Of a DNA stretch of 64,000 nt, positions 38,708-49,325 are shown one piece after another. The position numbers and the translations under genes were made by a program. The notes beneath the pieces are model-generated. The model saw only the letters and a list, made by a program, of their open reading frames with translations. It searched no databases and was not told the origin of the DNA. The stretch's first letter is position 1; each line of letters opens with the position of its first letter. The stretch is taken from assembly GCA_028819575.1 (NCBI GenBank), contig JAPPLB010000016.1, positions 1,770 through 65,769 on the forward strand. The letters run 5' to 3'. The DNA comes from Bryobacterales bacterium. GTDB lineage: Bacteria; Acidobacteriota; Terriglobia; Bryobacterales; UBA6623.

Positions 38708-40579
38708 ATGCAACCGGTGAGGCCGCGAGATTCCATCCCGATCCTGCTGCTCACACTCGGACTGTGCCTGGCTTCATGCACCGCCGGACGGCGAGGGGAC
38801 TTCAGCCTCAAGGATCACTACAGCAAGGCTGAGCACAGAATTCCCATGCGTGACGGAGCGAAGCTGTTCACGATCGTCTACTCGCCCAAGGACACGACCC
38901 AAACCTACCCCATCCTGCTCAAGCGTTCTCCTTACTCCATCGCGCCCTACGGTCCGGAGGAATATCACCAACGGCTCGGGCCTTCGGAGGCGTTCGACCG
39001 CGACGGGTACATCTTTGTGTTCCAGGATGTGAGGGGACGCTATGAGTCCGAAGGTGAGTTCGAACTGATCCGGGCGCACAACCCCAACAAGACGGGTCCG
39101 GACGACGTGGACGAAAGCAGCGACACCTACGACACCATTTCGTGGGTGCTTGCCAACGTGCCGAACCACAACGGACGCGTCGGGCAATGGGGTATTTCCT
39201 ATCCCGGCTGGGAAGCGGCCATGGGCATGATCGACGCACACCCCGCTCTCAAGGCTTCCTCCCCGCAGGCTTCACCCACGGATATGTTCATCTGGGACGA
39301 CTGGCACCATAATGGCGCCTTCCGTCCATTAATCGCCCTTGCTTGGCTCCCGCGGCAATTGGGACTGCGGCGTGACCGCGCAGCCGACTTCCCTTTTGAG
39401 CACGGTACGCCGTGGGGCTACAAGTTTCTTCTGGACGTCGGCCCCCTGTCGCGCATCAACGAGCTCTATTTTCACGGCAAGATCCGGGAGTGGAACGAGT
39501 TCATGGAGCACGGCACCTATGACGAATATTGGCAAAAACAGACTCTCGTTCCTCACCTCAAGAACATCCGGCATGCCGTGCTCAGCGTCACCGGCTGGTT
39601 CGACTCTGAAGACTTCTACGGACCCGTCTCGATCTACAACAAAATCGAGAAGGAGACTCCCGACAACCGGAGCACGCTCGTCGTTGGGCCTTGGCGGCAC
39701 GGCGCCTGGGGCAGAGAGGACGGTGACCGGCTTGGCGAGATCGACTTCGGTTCGAAGACCTCGCACTACTTCAAGAACCAGATCGAGCACCCGTTTTTCA
39801 GCTACTACCTCAAGAACGAAACCGGTTGGAGCTTGCCCGAAGCCGTTGTCTTCGAGACAGGCGGCAACCGCTGGCATATCCACGACCAATGGCCACCGAC
39901 AGGTCTAGTCCCAAAAGAGCTGTATTTCCAAGCTGAAGGCAAGCTCTCTTTCGAAGCCCCCGAGCAATCGAATGCCGGCGCTCACGATTCCTACGTGAGC
40001 GACCCCGACAAGCCTGTCCCCTACACGACCGCGATTCGCACCGACCAGGGCCACGAATACCTGGTCGAAGATCAGCGATTCGCCGCCACCCGTCCCGACG
40101 TATTGGTTTACGAGAGTGACGTCCTGAAGGAAGACGTGACGATTGCGGGTCCTGTGCCGGTGAGTCTCTTTGTATCCACTTCCGGCACGGACTCGGACTG
40201 GATCGTGAAACTCATCGACGTTTTTCCGGGGGACGCGCCCCCCAATGACCGAGGAACGCAGATGGGCGACTTTCAGATGCTGGTCGTCGGCATGGTCATG
40301 CGAGGTAAGTTTCGCAACAGCCTCACCGTTCCCGAACCCATGGTTCCGGCCCAGGTCACGCATATCGAGTTCGATCTGCTCGACCGCTATCACACTTTCT
40401 TGAAAGGCCACCGCATCATGGTTCAGGTGCAAAGCACCTGGTTCCCTCTGCTCGACCGCAACCCCCAGACGTTCGTGGACATCTACAACGCCAGAGAGTC
40501 CGACTTTCGGAAAGCAACGCAGCGGTTGTACCGCTCGACTTCCCACCCATCCCATCTCGTGTTGCCGATCAGGCCTTAG
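38708..40579 (+). CDS. CocE/NonD family hydrolase (S15 X-Pro dipeptidyl-peptidase-like), probable lipoprotein
   Basis: RSPYS...YG, GQWGISYPGW (nucleophile elbow GxSYxG) and a C-terminal beta-sandwich region. The start ATG gives LLLTLGLCLASC, which is lipobox-like. Confidence 0.8.
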   Translation: MQPVRPRDSIPILLLTLGLCLASCTAGRRGDFSLKDHYSKAEHRIPMRDGAKLFTIVYSPKDTTQTYPILLKRSPYSIAPYGPEEYHQRLGPSEAFDRDGYIFVFQDVRGRYESEGEFELIRAHNPNKTGPDDVDESSDTYDTISWVLANVPNHNGRVGQWGISYPGWEAAMGMIDAHPALKASSPQASPTDMFIWDDWHHNGAFRPLIALAWLPRQLGLRRDRAADFPFEHGTPWGYKFLLDVGPLSRINELYFHGKIREWNEFMEHGTYDEYWQKQTLVPHLKNIRHAVLSVTGWFDSEDFYGPVSIYNKIEKETPDNRSTLVVGPWRHGAWGREDGDRLGEIDFGSKTSHYFKNQIEHPFFSYYLKNETGWSLPEAVVFETGGNRWHIHDQWPPTGLVPKELYFQAEGKLSFEAPEQSNAGAHDSYVSDPDKPVPYTTAIRTDQGHEYLVEDQRFAATRPDVLVYESDVLKEDVTIAGPVPVSLFVSTSGTDSDWIVKLIDVFPGDAPPNDRGTQMGDFQMLVVGMVMRGKFRNSLTVPEPMVPAQVTHIEFDLLDRYHTFLKGHRIMVQVQSTWFPLLDRNPQTFVDIYNARESDFRKATQRLYRSTSHPSHLVLPIRP

Positions 40580-40991
40580 AACGCACTTTGCGGAATGACG
40601 CTTGGGAGGGGATGTCCTGATCTTGGCGGCAGTTCGCGGAGTGTTCTAACGTTCTCGATCCTCCCCGACTCCATCACCCGGCCGTGACGGGAAGCAAGCT
40701 GTGCTGTTCAAACCAGATCGAGTCGGGTGTACAGCCGCTGTTTCAGCCCCCCGGCAACGTGCTCTCACCTGTGCTGCATACCCAAGCAAGGGCGGCAGGC
40801 CGTTGTGGTAATCTCGTCCAGAGGTTGCCGCGCTTGCGGAAAGACGTTCGGGCAGCATGTGAGAAATTTCGCGTGCTGCTGTACCGCCCTCGGCGATCCG
40901 CAGATGAAGTGAACCCTTCGGCCCACGTCGCCGGAACCGAAATCAAGATCCGTTAACGGTGCGCACACCAGGCGCCGGCGGAAACCAGCTC

Positions 40992-42044
40992 TTGCGCGTA
41001 TCAGATTTTGACTACGAACTCCCTCAGGAGCTGATTGCACAAAGCCCCCTCCCGGATCGCGCATCAAGCCGCATGCTGGTCGTTGACCGGGCGGCGGGAA
41101 CTTGGTCGGATCATTCTTTCGTTGACCTGCCCGGTCACCTCGAGCCAGGCGACGCACTCGTTCTGAACAACACGAAGGTGCTCTCCTGCCGGCTTTTCGG
41201 GCGCCGTGCGGGCGTCCACGCGACGACATCGAAGACGAAGATTACGGGTCTTGTCGAGATCCTTCTGTTGCAGCGAGTCTCGGAAGAACCGAATCGCTGG
41301 GAGGCCCTGGTCCGACCGGGCAGGAAGCTGCGAGTGGGTGAGTGCATCCACTTTCCGGGGGGTCTTGAAGGAACGATCATCGGCCGTGGCGAGCGAGGCC
41401 TGCGGGTAATCGAGTTCGCTCCGGTCCCGGACTTCCCGGCCTTGCTGGAACACGTCGGGCATATGCCTCTGCCTCCCTACATCAAACGGTCCGATGAAAT
41501 TTCCGACCGTGAGCGTTATCAAACCGTTTTCGCCCGCCGTCCCGGCGCGGCCGCGGCGCCCACAGCCGGTTTGCACTTTACGCGAGAACGGCTCGACCGA
41601 CTCAAGGCGGCGGGCGTGAAGCCTGTCGAGATCACGCTGCACGTGGGACGCGGCACATTTCAGCCGGTGGAGGCCGATGTTGTCGAGCAGCACGAGATGC
41701 ACGCCGAGAGCTACGAAATATCAGCGGCTGCCGCTCGGACACTCAATGAGGCGGCGCGTCGCGTCGCGGTCGGTACGACCTCGGTACGGACTCTCGAGCA
41801 AGGCATTCGCGAGGGCGACGGTGCGTTCCGGGCATCATCCGGAAAGACATCGCTGTTCATCTATCCGGGTTTTGCATTCCGCGCCGTGGACGCTCTGCTG
41901 ACCAATTTTCATTTGCCGCGATCCACGCTGATCATGCTGGTGGCGGCGTTCGCGGGGAAGGATCTCACTCTGGCCTCTTACCGCCATGCCGTCCGGGAGA
42001 AATACCGCTTCTACTCCTATGGCGACTGCATGCTGATCGTGTAG
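40992..42044 (+). CDS. queA: S-adenosylmethionine:tRNA ribosyltransferase-isomerase
   Basis: (M)RVSDFDYELPQELIAQ N-terminus, PLPPYI, GLHFT, VGTTS.R.LE, TNFHLP.STL. The TTG start at 40992 is proposed; the track ORF starts with GTG at 40959. Confidence 0.85.
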   Translation: MRVSDFDYELPQELIAQSPLPDRASSRMLVVDRAAGTWSDHSFVDLPGHLEPGDALVLNNTKVLSCRLFGRRAGVHATTSKTKITGLVEILLLQRVSEEPNRWEALVRPGRKLRVGECIHFPGGLEGTIIGRGERGLRVIEFAPVPDFPALLEHVGHMPLPPYIKRSDEISDRERYQTVFARRPGAAAAPTAGLHFTRERLDRLKAAGVKPVEITLHVGRGTFQPVEADVVEQHEMHAESYEISAAAARTLNEAARRVAVGTTSVRTLEQGIREGDGAFRASSGKTSLFIYPGFAFRAVDALLTNFHLPRSTLIMLVAAFAGKDLTLASYRHAVREKYRFYSYGDCMLIV

Positions 42045-42145
42045 GGCGGCCCTTCGCCAAGCCTTGCGCCAGAGTCTTTCGCTGCGGCCGAGGCAACCGG
42101 TCCCCAAGGGAAGCCGTTCCGGACCGGGAGTTTGTTAGGCTCAGA

Positions 42146-44566
42146 TTGCTGTTTGGCACTGTGACGAGTCTGCTCACTCGAACTCAGGGGAAAGGCAAGA
42201 TCAGGAGACGGATCTTCTCCGTCGTAGTCCTTTGTGTCACGCCCTGTGTCTGGGGACAAACGGGCGATTTCTTCGAGAAGGAAGTCCGCCCGATCCTGGC
42301 GAACAACTGTTATCCCTGTCATGGTCCGGCAAGCGGCGAGGGGCAGGCCGGTCTACGCCTCGACTCACTGGCGGGCATGCTGAAAGGCGGGCGTTCCGGA
42401 CCGGTGCTCGTGCCGGGCGAGCCGGATCGGAGTTTGTTGATTCACGCGGTCAACCACGACACATTCGTGCAGATGCCGCCCAAGAGGAAGCTGTCCTTGA
42501 CCGCGATAGGGACGCTGACGCACTGGGTAGAAACCGGTGCGCAGTGGCCCGATTCTCCGATTCCGATTCGGCCAAAGCCGCCGCCGCCGGCCGCCTCAAC
42601 CGAACAACCGCGCTTCAGCAATGAGCAAATGACACATTGGGCTTTTCAGCCGGTACAAGGTCATAAACCGCCGGAGTCGGATTCGGAATGGCCCAAGTCG
42701 CCGATCGATCGCTTTCTGCTCGCCTCTCTCGAAGCCAAAGGCCTCGCCCCCGCAGGTCCGGCGGACAAGCGTACGCTGATCCGGCGAGCGACAATCGATC
42801 TTCACGGACTGCCGCCTACACCGGAGGAAGTGGAACTCTTCCTGGCCGACGACTCTCACGATGCCTTCGCGAAAGTGGTCGACCGCCTGCTGGCCTCACC
42901 GCGATACGGCCAGCGCTGGGGCCGGCACTGGCTCGATGTCGTACGCTACGCCGACAGCAACGGGATGGATGACAACATCGTTCATGCTGACGCCTGGCGG
43001 TATCGTGACTACGTCATCCAAGCCTTCAACGACGACAAGCCCTACGACCGATTTGTGCGGGAGCAACTGGCCGGTGACTTGATGACCGACTGGGGCAACG
43101 ACAATCGCTCCGAAGGCTTGATAGCAACGGGCTTCTTGATGCTGGGCCCCAAGATGGTCGGTGAAGACGACCCCGTCAAGCAGAAACTCGACTTCGCCGA
43201 TGAGCAACTTGCCACTACAAGCCGCGCCTTCATGGCTTTGACCGTCGACTGCGCCCGCTGCCATGACCACAAGTTCGACCCGATTACGACCGAGGACTAC
43301 TATTCCCTATTGGGAATCTTCACGAGCACGAAAACCGTCCTCAGCTACCGAGTCACATCCAAGCTCAATGCCACCGCCCTAGTGAGCGAAAGAGACGAAC
43401 AGCGCCTCACGGAAATTGAAGACTCTTTTGATTTCCACGATGATTTCGTCACGAACTCCAACTCGGCGACCACGCCCAAGGAGGTGCTCGATAAGCACAA
43501 GAAGGCGATCGATCTCGCCAAGGAGCAATACGAAGCGATTCCCAAGGCGATGGCCGTGGGTGAGGGAGAGATCGCCGACTTGCCGGTGATGATTCGGGGC
43601 AGCCATCTGACGCCGGGGGCAACAGCCCCGCGCCGTTTCCCGCACATCCTCCAGGGCCGGACCGATCACGTGATCGGGAGTGACCGCAGCGGCCGGCTCG
43701 AGCTCGCCCAATGGCTTACACGGCCGGAGCACCCCTTGACCGCACGGGTGATGGTCAACCGCATTTGGAAGGGTCACTTCGGAGAGGGCATCGTTCGCTC
43801 GATGGACAACTTCGGGCTCTTGGCGGATCGGTCCGACAACCTCGGCCTGCTCGATTGGCTGACGCTGAGATTTGTCGAGGATGGCTGGTCTGTCAAAGCC
43901 ATGCACCGGCTGATCATGCTCTCGAGCGCCTACCGCATGAGCAGCAGCCCCAATCCGAGTCACGCGGAAGTCGACCCTCAGAACCGATTGCTCTGGCGAA
44001 TGCACCGCCGCCGCATGGAGGCTGAGGTGATCCGCGATTCGCTTCTGGCGCTGTCGGGAAACCTGGACGACCATATTGGCGGCAAGACCCTGCCCCACGC
44101 CAGCTTCGTCAACCTGAACGATGGAAAATCTCGCGATTCCGCGGTCTACGCTTCGGACCGCCGCAGCGTTTACCTGCCGGTGCTACGGAGCGCGCTTTAC
44201 GAGATGTTCGAAACGTTCGATTTCGCGAACCCCTCGACAGCCAACGGCAGGCGATCGACCACAACGATTGCACCTCAAGCGTTGTTCATGATGAACAGCG
44301 GGCTGATCGAGCGGGCCTCGCTGGCTGTGGCGGAGCGGGTGGTGAGGGAAAACGGTGATGATGCCGGGCGGTTGGATGCCGTGTATCGCCTGGTGCATTT
44401 GCGGCCGCCCGATCGCGAGGAGTCGAACCGCTGGAAGGTCTTCCTGGGACGCTATGGACAGGCTGCGGCGACCAGCGAGGACACGATGGCCAGGCGGCGG
44501 ATACGGGCTTGGCAGGCATTGTGCCGGGTGCTGCTGTCGTCCAACGAGTTTGTGTATGTGATGTAG
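42146..44566 (+). CDS. PSCyt (planctomycete cytochrome c) + DUF1549 + DUF1553 domain protein
   Basis: FFEKEVRPILANNCYPCHG (haem motif), RRATIDLHGLPPTPEEV (DUF1549) and CARCHDHKFDPITTEDYY (DUF1553). The start codon is uncertain (TTG at 42146 or GTG at 42161). Confidence 0.85.
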   Translation: MLFGTVTSLLTRTQGKGKIRRRIFSVVVLCVTPCVWGQTGDFFEKEVRPILANNCYPCHGPASGEGQAGLRLDSLAGMLKGGRSGPVLVPGEPDRSLLIHAVNHDTFVQMPPKRKLSLTAIGTLTHWVETGAQWPDSPIPIRPKPPPPAASTEQPRFSNEQMTHWAFQPVQGHKPPESDSEWPKSPIDRFLLASLEAKGLAPAGPADKRTLIRRATIDLHGLPPTPEEVELFLADDSHDAFAKVVDRLLASPRYGQRWGRHWLDVVRYADSNGMDDNIVHADAWRYRDYVIQAFNDDKPYDRFVREQLAGDLMTDWGNDNRSEGLIATGFLMLGPKMVGEDDPVKQKLDFADEQLATTSRAFMALTVDCARCHDHKFDPITTEDYYSLLGIFTSTKTVLSYRVTSKLNATALVSERDEQRLTEIEDSFDFHDDFVTNSNSATTPKEVLDKHKKAIDLAKEQYEAIPKAMAVGEGEIADLPVMIRGSHLTPGATAPRRFPHILQGRTDHVIGSDRSGRLELAQWLTRPEHPLTARVMVNRIWKGHFGEGIVRSMDNFGLLADRSDNLGLLDWLTLRFVEDGWSVKAMHRLIMLSSAYRMSSSPNPSHAEVDPQNRLLWRMHRRRMEAEVIRDSLLALSGNLDDHIGGKTLPHASFVNLNDGKSRDSAVYASDRRSVYLPVLRSALYEMFETFDFANPSTANGRRSTTTIAPQALFMMNSGLIERASLAVAERVVRENGDDAGRLDAVYRLVHLRPPDREESNRWKVFLGRYGQAAATSEDTMARRRIRAWQALCRVLLSSNEFVYVM

Positions 44567-44582
44567 CCCGGTACGCAGTAAG

Positions 44583-45992
44583 ATGGAACTGAATTCGATG
44601 CGACGACCGTCGCGAAGAGAATGGTTGAGTCGGATGGGTGCGGGGTTCGGCGCCCTGGCGCTCTCCGCGTTGCTGGCCGAGGAATCCCCGGGAGCTGCGG
44701 CAAATCCTCTCGCCGTACGTCCTCCGCATTTCGCACCGCGAGCGAAGCGGGTGATCATGCTGTTCATGTTCGGGGGGCCGTCGCACATCGACACGTTTGA
44801 CCCCAAGCCGCTTCTGAATCGAGACAGCGGCAAGCCACTGCCGTTCGCCAAGCCCCGCGTGATTTCGTTCCCGCGCCGCGGCGGCAACATGATCGGTTCG
44901 CCGTTCGAATTCAAGCAACATGGGCAAAGCGGCGCCTGGGTCAGCGAGTTGTTTCCAAACGTGGCTCGCATGGTGGACGACCTCGCCATTATTCGGTCGA
45001 TGCACTGCTCGAATCCAAGGCATGGCGGAGCCGTTCTCGAGTGGCACACGGGGAGTGACACATTCATACGACCCGCGATGGGGTCTTGGCTGACTTACGG
45101 GCTCGGATCGGAGAATCAAGACCTGCCGGGCTACATCACGATGGGACAGGCGTTGGCCGAGGGTGGGGCCAACAATTACAGTTCCGCGTTTCTCCCGGCG
45201 GCCTACCAGGGAACGCCCCTCGGGTATGGGAACACGAAATCCAAGGACGCCCGGTTCCCCTTTATCGGTGACGGCAAGCGACGCACGGATCTGCAGCGGC
45301 TCGAGTTGGATATGCTGGGCGACCTTTCGCAACACCATCTCGACCGAGTGGGATATGAAAGCGAGCTCGAAAGCCGCATCGCCACATTCGAGTTGGCGTT
45401 CCGGATGCAGAGCGAAGCGCCGCGCGTGCAAGACATCAGCTCGGAGACGGGTGCGACCCGACGCCTCTACGGCCTTGACGACCCCTTGACCGAAGACTTC
45501 GGCCGGCAATGCCTCATGGCGCGCCGATTCTGTGAGCGCGGCGTGCGATTCGTGCAGTGCAACAGCAACGGCTGGGACCATCACAGCAAGCTCAAAAAAG
45601 AGATCACCAAGAAATGCGGCGAGGTGGACAAGCCCATTGCCGGTCTGCTGACCGACCTGAAGACACGCGGACTCCTGGAGGATACTCTCGTCGTCTGGGG
45701 AGGTGAGTTCGGCCGAACTCCGACAGCGGAGAATGCCGACGGACGCGATCACAATCCGCACGGCTTCACGATGTGGCTGGCCGGCGGCGGCGTCAAGGCG
45801 GGGCTCTCTTACGGTCGTACCGATGAATACGGCTATTACGGTGTTGAAGACAAGGTGCATTTTCACGATTTGCACGCAACGATCCTGCACCTGATGGGTC
45901 TCGATCACAAGAAACTTACCTACCGTCACGCCGGCCGCGACTTTCGGTTGACGGATGTCCACGGGGAAGTGGTCCACAAACTCCTCGCATAG
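44583..45992 (+). CDS. DUF1501 (sulfatase-fold) protein with a Tat-like signal
   Basis: RREWLSRMGAGFGALALSALLA, then RVIMLFMFGGPSHIDTFDPKP and WGGEFGRTP are hallmark DUF1501 blocks. Confidence 0.85.
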   Translation: MELNSMRRPSRREWLSRMGAGFGALALSALLAEESPGAAANPLAVRPPHFAPRAKRVIMLFMFGGPSHIDTFDPKPLLNRDSGKPLPFAKPRVISFPRRGGNMIGSPFEFKQHGQSGAWVSELFPNVARMVDDLAIIRSMHCSNPRHGGAVLEWHTGSDTFIRPAMGSWLTYGLGSENQDLPGYITMGQALAEGGANNYSSAFLPAAYQGTPLGYGNTKSKDARFPFIGDGKRRTDLQRLELDMLGDLSQHHLDRVGYESELESRIATFELAFRMQSEAPRVQDISSETGATRRLYGLDDPLTEDFGRQCLMARRFCERGVRFVQCNSNGWDHHSKLKKEITKKCGEVDKPIAGLLTDLKTRGLLEDTLVVWGGEFGRTPTAENADGRDHNPHGFTMWLAGGGVKAGLSYGRTDEYGYYGVEDKVHFHDLHATILHLMGLDHKKLTYRHAGRDFRLTDVHGEVVHKLLA

Positions 45993-46095
45993 CCTGCCGT
46001 TCCCCGGCAAGTAGCCCCGGCTCCCAAGGAGATGAGTTGGCAACGAAGAACGCCTTCGAAGCCCTGAGCGGTGGGACCTCGGTGATTCGGAGATC

Positions 46096-46116
46096 GGGCG
46101 TTCCCGGGCGCCCTTT
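46096..46116 (+). terminator. Candidate weak intrinsic terminator after the DUF1501 gene
   Basis: GGGCG-n8-CGCCC followed by TTTAT. The stem and the T-run are both short. Confidence 0.25.
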
Positions 46117-46137
46117 ATCGGCAGGCAAGCGCCAAGG

Positions 46138-47511
46138 CTACTCGAACTTGCGTCCGGCGAGATACACGGAATGGATGTCGCGGGTGTTGAGGATGTTGTC
46201 GAGCGGATTGCTGTTGAGGACGATGAGGTCGGCGGCCTTGCCCTTTTCGAGGGCGCCGAAATCCTTGCCGACACCCAGGGCTTCGGCGGATGTCTTGCTC
46301 GCCGCCGTGATCACTTGCGACGGCGTGAGACCGGATTTGACCATCAGTTCCATTTCCCAGTGTTCGAAGTAGCCGGAGAATCGAGCTGGCGGGCCGGTGT
46401 CGCTGCCGAAGCCGATGCGAACGCCCGCGTCAGAGAGCTTCTTGAGGTTCTTCATGGCGATCTCAAGACCCTTGATATTGATCTCGCGCTCGGGGTCTTG
46501 GGCCTGCTTGGCCTTGAGAGTAGTTTTTACGGCCTGAACAGTGGCATCATCGACGCCTTGGCGGAAAAAGGCGTCGTCGAGCCAGGCGGGCGAGTCGGCA
46601 TAGACGAACGTTGACTGCTCGCGGCTGAGGGTCGCGACGTACGTGACCTTGTTCTTTTTCATGGCGGCGATCAGTTGGTCGTCGACGTCTGCGTCGCGGA
46701 TGCTGTGGGCGATGATGTCGAGGCCGGCGTTGACGAGGCCCTTGGCATCAGCCAGCTCATAGAGATGAGCGAATGCGAGCATGCCTCGCTTGTGAGCCTG
46801 TTCGATGATGGCCGAGTAGACGGACGGAGGGAGTTTCTCAAAAGTCTCGTGATGGTCGTCGACCCACATCTTCACGACATCGGCGCCCTTGTCGGCGAGC
46901 CGGTCGACCCACGCTCGGGCCTGGGCCGCGGTCGCCACTTCCTGAGCCACGCCCTTGACGCCGGGGGCGTGGGTCGGGTAACCGCCGATGGTCGTAAATC
47001 CCTGCAATGCCGTAAAGACGCGGGCGCCGTTGACTTTGCCTCGGCGCTGCTCGCCGCGGATGTCGAGAATCACCTCCGCGTCGGTACCCATGCTCGTAGT
47101 AGTTGTGACGCCGTACATCGCATAGGTCTTGAGCTGGGCCTCGGCGTTCTCACGTGTGTAGTTCACCATGTCCTGGCTCAGGCCCTTGACCATGCCGACA
47201 TGCCCGTGCAGGTTGATGATGCCCGGCATGACGGTCTTGCCCGTGAGGTCGACGACTTCGGCCTCACCCGGCATCTTGATCCTGGACGCTGGTCCGACGT
47301 TACGGATTTTGCCGCCGGCGAGAACGAGGGTTGCGTTTTCTATGGGGCCTCCGCCTGTGCCGTCGATGAGGCGGACGTTCTTGAGTGCGATGACTTGTGC
47401 TGCAAGGCCTGTCGCGGCAACCAATCCAAGGACCAGAAGGCGTTGCGCAAGGCAGATATTCCCGTGTCGAAGTCTGTAAATGGCCATAGCGTTTCGGGCG
47501 GATTTTAGCAT
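46138..47511 (-). CDS. Exported amidohydrolase family protein (imidazolonepropionase/Xaa-Pro dipeptidase-like clade, distinct from the five-gene array)
   Basis: VMPGIINLHGHVG, signal-like LVLGLVAATGLAA and C-terminal GALEKGKAADLIVL. The start could be the internal ATG (MAIYRL). Confidence 0.75.
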   Translation of the reverse strand: MLKSARNAMAIYRLRHGNICLAQRLLVLGLVAATGLAAQVIALKNVRLIDGTGGGPIENATLVLAGGKIRNVGPASRIKMPGEAEVVDLTGKTVMPGIINLHGHVGMVKGLSQDMVNYTRENAEAQLKTYAMYGVTTTTSMGTDAEVILDIRGEQRRGKVNGARVFTALQGFTTIGGYPTHAPGVKGVAQEVATAAQARAWVDRLADKGADVVKMWVDDHHETFEKLPPSVYSAIIEQAHKRGMLAFAHLYELADAKGLVNAGLDIIAHSIRDADVDDQLIAAMKKNKVTYVATLSREQSTFVYADSPAWLDDAFFRQGVDDATVQAVKTTLKAKQAQDPEREINIKGLEIAMKNLKKLSDAGVRIGFGSDTGPPARFSGYFEHWEMELMVKSGLTPSQVITAASKTSAEALGVGKDFGALEKGKAADLIVLNSNPLDNILNTRDIHSVYLAGRKFE

Positions 47512-47720
47512 GCGCGCATGGAATTCAGGGCCGGACTGCCATGTTCTGTCGCGGCTTTGCCTGAACCGGGATCGTCATGTCGATCCACAACAGCTCTCAC
47601 CTTGTTCCGGTATGCGTCACGGCAACGACTTGCGGTGAACGGCTCGGCCGTAGAGAGAACCGTCTTGCAGTCGTCCGCTGTAGCGGCCTTGCGCAGGAAC
47701 TTCGGCGGCCCCGGCGGCAT

Positions 47721-49145
47721 CTAAACCGTCCGGGTCTTCCACGCGCCTCGGCGGAACCACAAAAAACCGATCCCGGCCCAAATGACGCTCGATCCGGCCA
47801 CCGCGACATACACGCCCGTTGGGCCCCAGCCGGCAATGTGAGCCAGTGCGTAGGCAACCGGGAGCTCGAACACCCAATAGCAGATGAAGTTGATGTAAGT
47901 AGGCGTATCGGTGTCGCCGGCGCCGTTGAAAGCAGACGTGAAGACCATGCCATAGGCGGCGAAGACTTGACCCAGGCTGAAGAAGCGGAGCGCCTCGGAA
48001 CCGATCAGCGCCACCGCCCGATCGGTAGTGAAGAAACCGATGAGAAGTTTGGCCAGAACCCAGAACACGATACTCACGGAGCTGAGAAAAGCGATGTTGT
48101 AGAAGCCGGCGAGCCAGACGGCTCGCTCGGCTCGATCGGGCTTGCGTGCTCCCAGGCATTGGCCGACGAGGGTCGCGGCGGCTTGTGACAGCCCCCAGGA
48201 GACGAGAATGGAAGCCAGGATCAGCCGGGTGGCGATCGTGTATCCCGCCAAAGCAACCGAGCCGAAGAGGGCTACGATCCGGGCCACGCCGATCCAGCTT
48301 GCCGTAGCCACCGAATATTGGATGATGCCGGTCAGCGAGATCCGCAGCAGTCTCTTCATGACCGGCGCATTGACGGCGAAATGCGCTCGCCGGACACGCA
48401 AGCGTAGCTCGCCGCGGAATAGCATGACGAACTGATAGGCCACGCCTGTACCGCGGCCGATCGTTGTCGCCACCGCCGCTCCCATCAGGCCCCATTTCGG
48501 AAACGGTCCCCAGCCGAAGATCAGACAAGGGTCGAGGATGCAATTCAACAGGTTGGCCAACGCCAGCGCCCGCATGGCGATGACAGCATCCCCGGCGCCG
48601 CGGAAGATGGCGTTGTTGAGAAAGAGCAGAAAGATCGTCACCGATCCGCCGAACAAGACCGCCGGATAAGCCCAGCCTGCAATGACGGCCGGGGAGCCGC
48701 CCATCAAAGCAAGCAGACTCGGGGCCAGCAGCGCCCCGCCGAGTGATACCGGAATAGAGATCAATACACCGGCGAGAACGGATTGGCCGGCGGCGAGCCC
48801 GGCGCCTTCCGGATCGCCCTCGCCAATGCGGCGGGAAACCATGGCCGTGGCCCCCATGCTCAGACCGATGGCAATCGCGAAGACGACGACGATCAGGGCG
48901 CCGCTCAGGCCGGTGATGGCGACGGCGGCGGCCCCTAATTTTCCGACGAAGTAGGTATCGACGAGCGTGAAGGTCGATTCCATCAGCAATTCCAGCATCA
49001 TGGGAATGGCCAGCAGGATCATCGCACGGGTCAGGCTTCCCGACGTGTAGTCCTCCTGCGTTCCGCGGACGGCAGTCCAGGCCGCGCGCCAGAAGCCCTT
49101 AAGGATCCAAGGCGCGGATTCCGGATGGTTCCGTTCAGTTGTCAT
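47721..49145 (-). CDS. MATE family efflux transporter
   Basis: 12-TM profile with the LAIPMMLELLMESTFTLVDTYFVG N-terminal block typical of MATE/NorM proteins. Confidence 0.8.
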   Translation of the reverse strand: MTTERNHPESAPWILKGFWRAAWTAVRGTQEDYTSGSLTRAMILLAIPMMLELLMESTFTLVDTYFVGKLGAAAVAITGLSGALIVVVFAIAIGLSMGATAMVSRRIGEGDPEGAGLAAGQSVLAGVLISIPVSLGGALLAPSLLALMGGSPAVIAGWAYPAVLFGGSVTIFLLFLNNAIFRGAGDAVIAMRALALANLLNCILDPCLIFGWGPFPKWGLMGAAVATTIGRGTGVAYQFVMLFRGELRLRVRRAHFAVNAPVMKRLLRISLTGIIQYSVATASWIGVARIVALFGSVALAGYTIATRLILASILVSWGLSQAAATLVGQCLGARKPDRAERAVWLAGFYNIAFLSSVSIVFWVLAKLLIGFFTTDRAVALIGSEALRFFSLGQVFAAYGMVFTSAFNGAGDTDTPTYINFICYWVFELPVAYALAHIAGWGPTGVYVAVAGSSVIWAGIGFLWFRRGAWKTRTV

Positions 49146-49325
49146 GGCGGTCTGAAAAAGACCGATCTACCGCTCACAGTCGGACACTACTGGCAAAGGG
49201 CAAGAGATGAGTTCTCGCCGGCGGATTACCCTGCCGCAACTTCGCCCTAAACCGGGATCATCCGCAAATCTCTCTTCAATGGTTGGTCCTTCCGCTGACA
49301 CGCATCCCGGCGCTGGCCGTACAAC

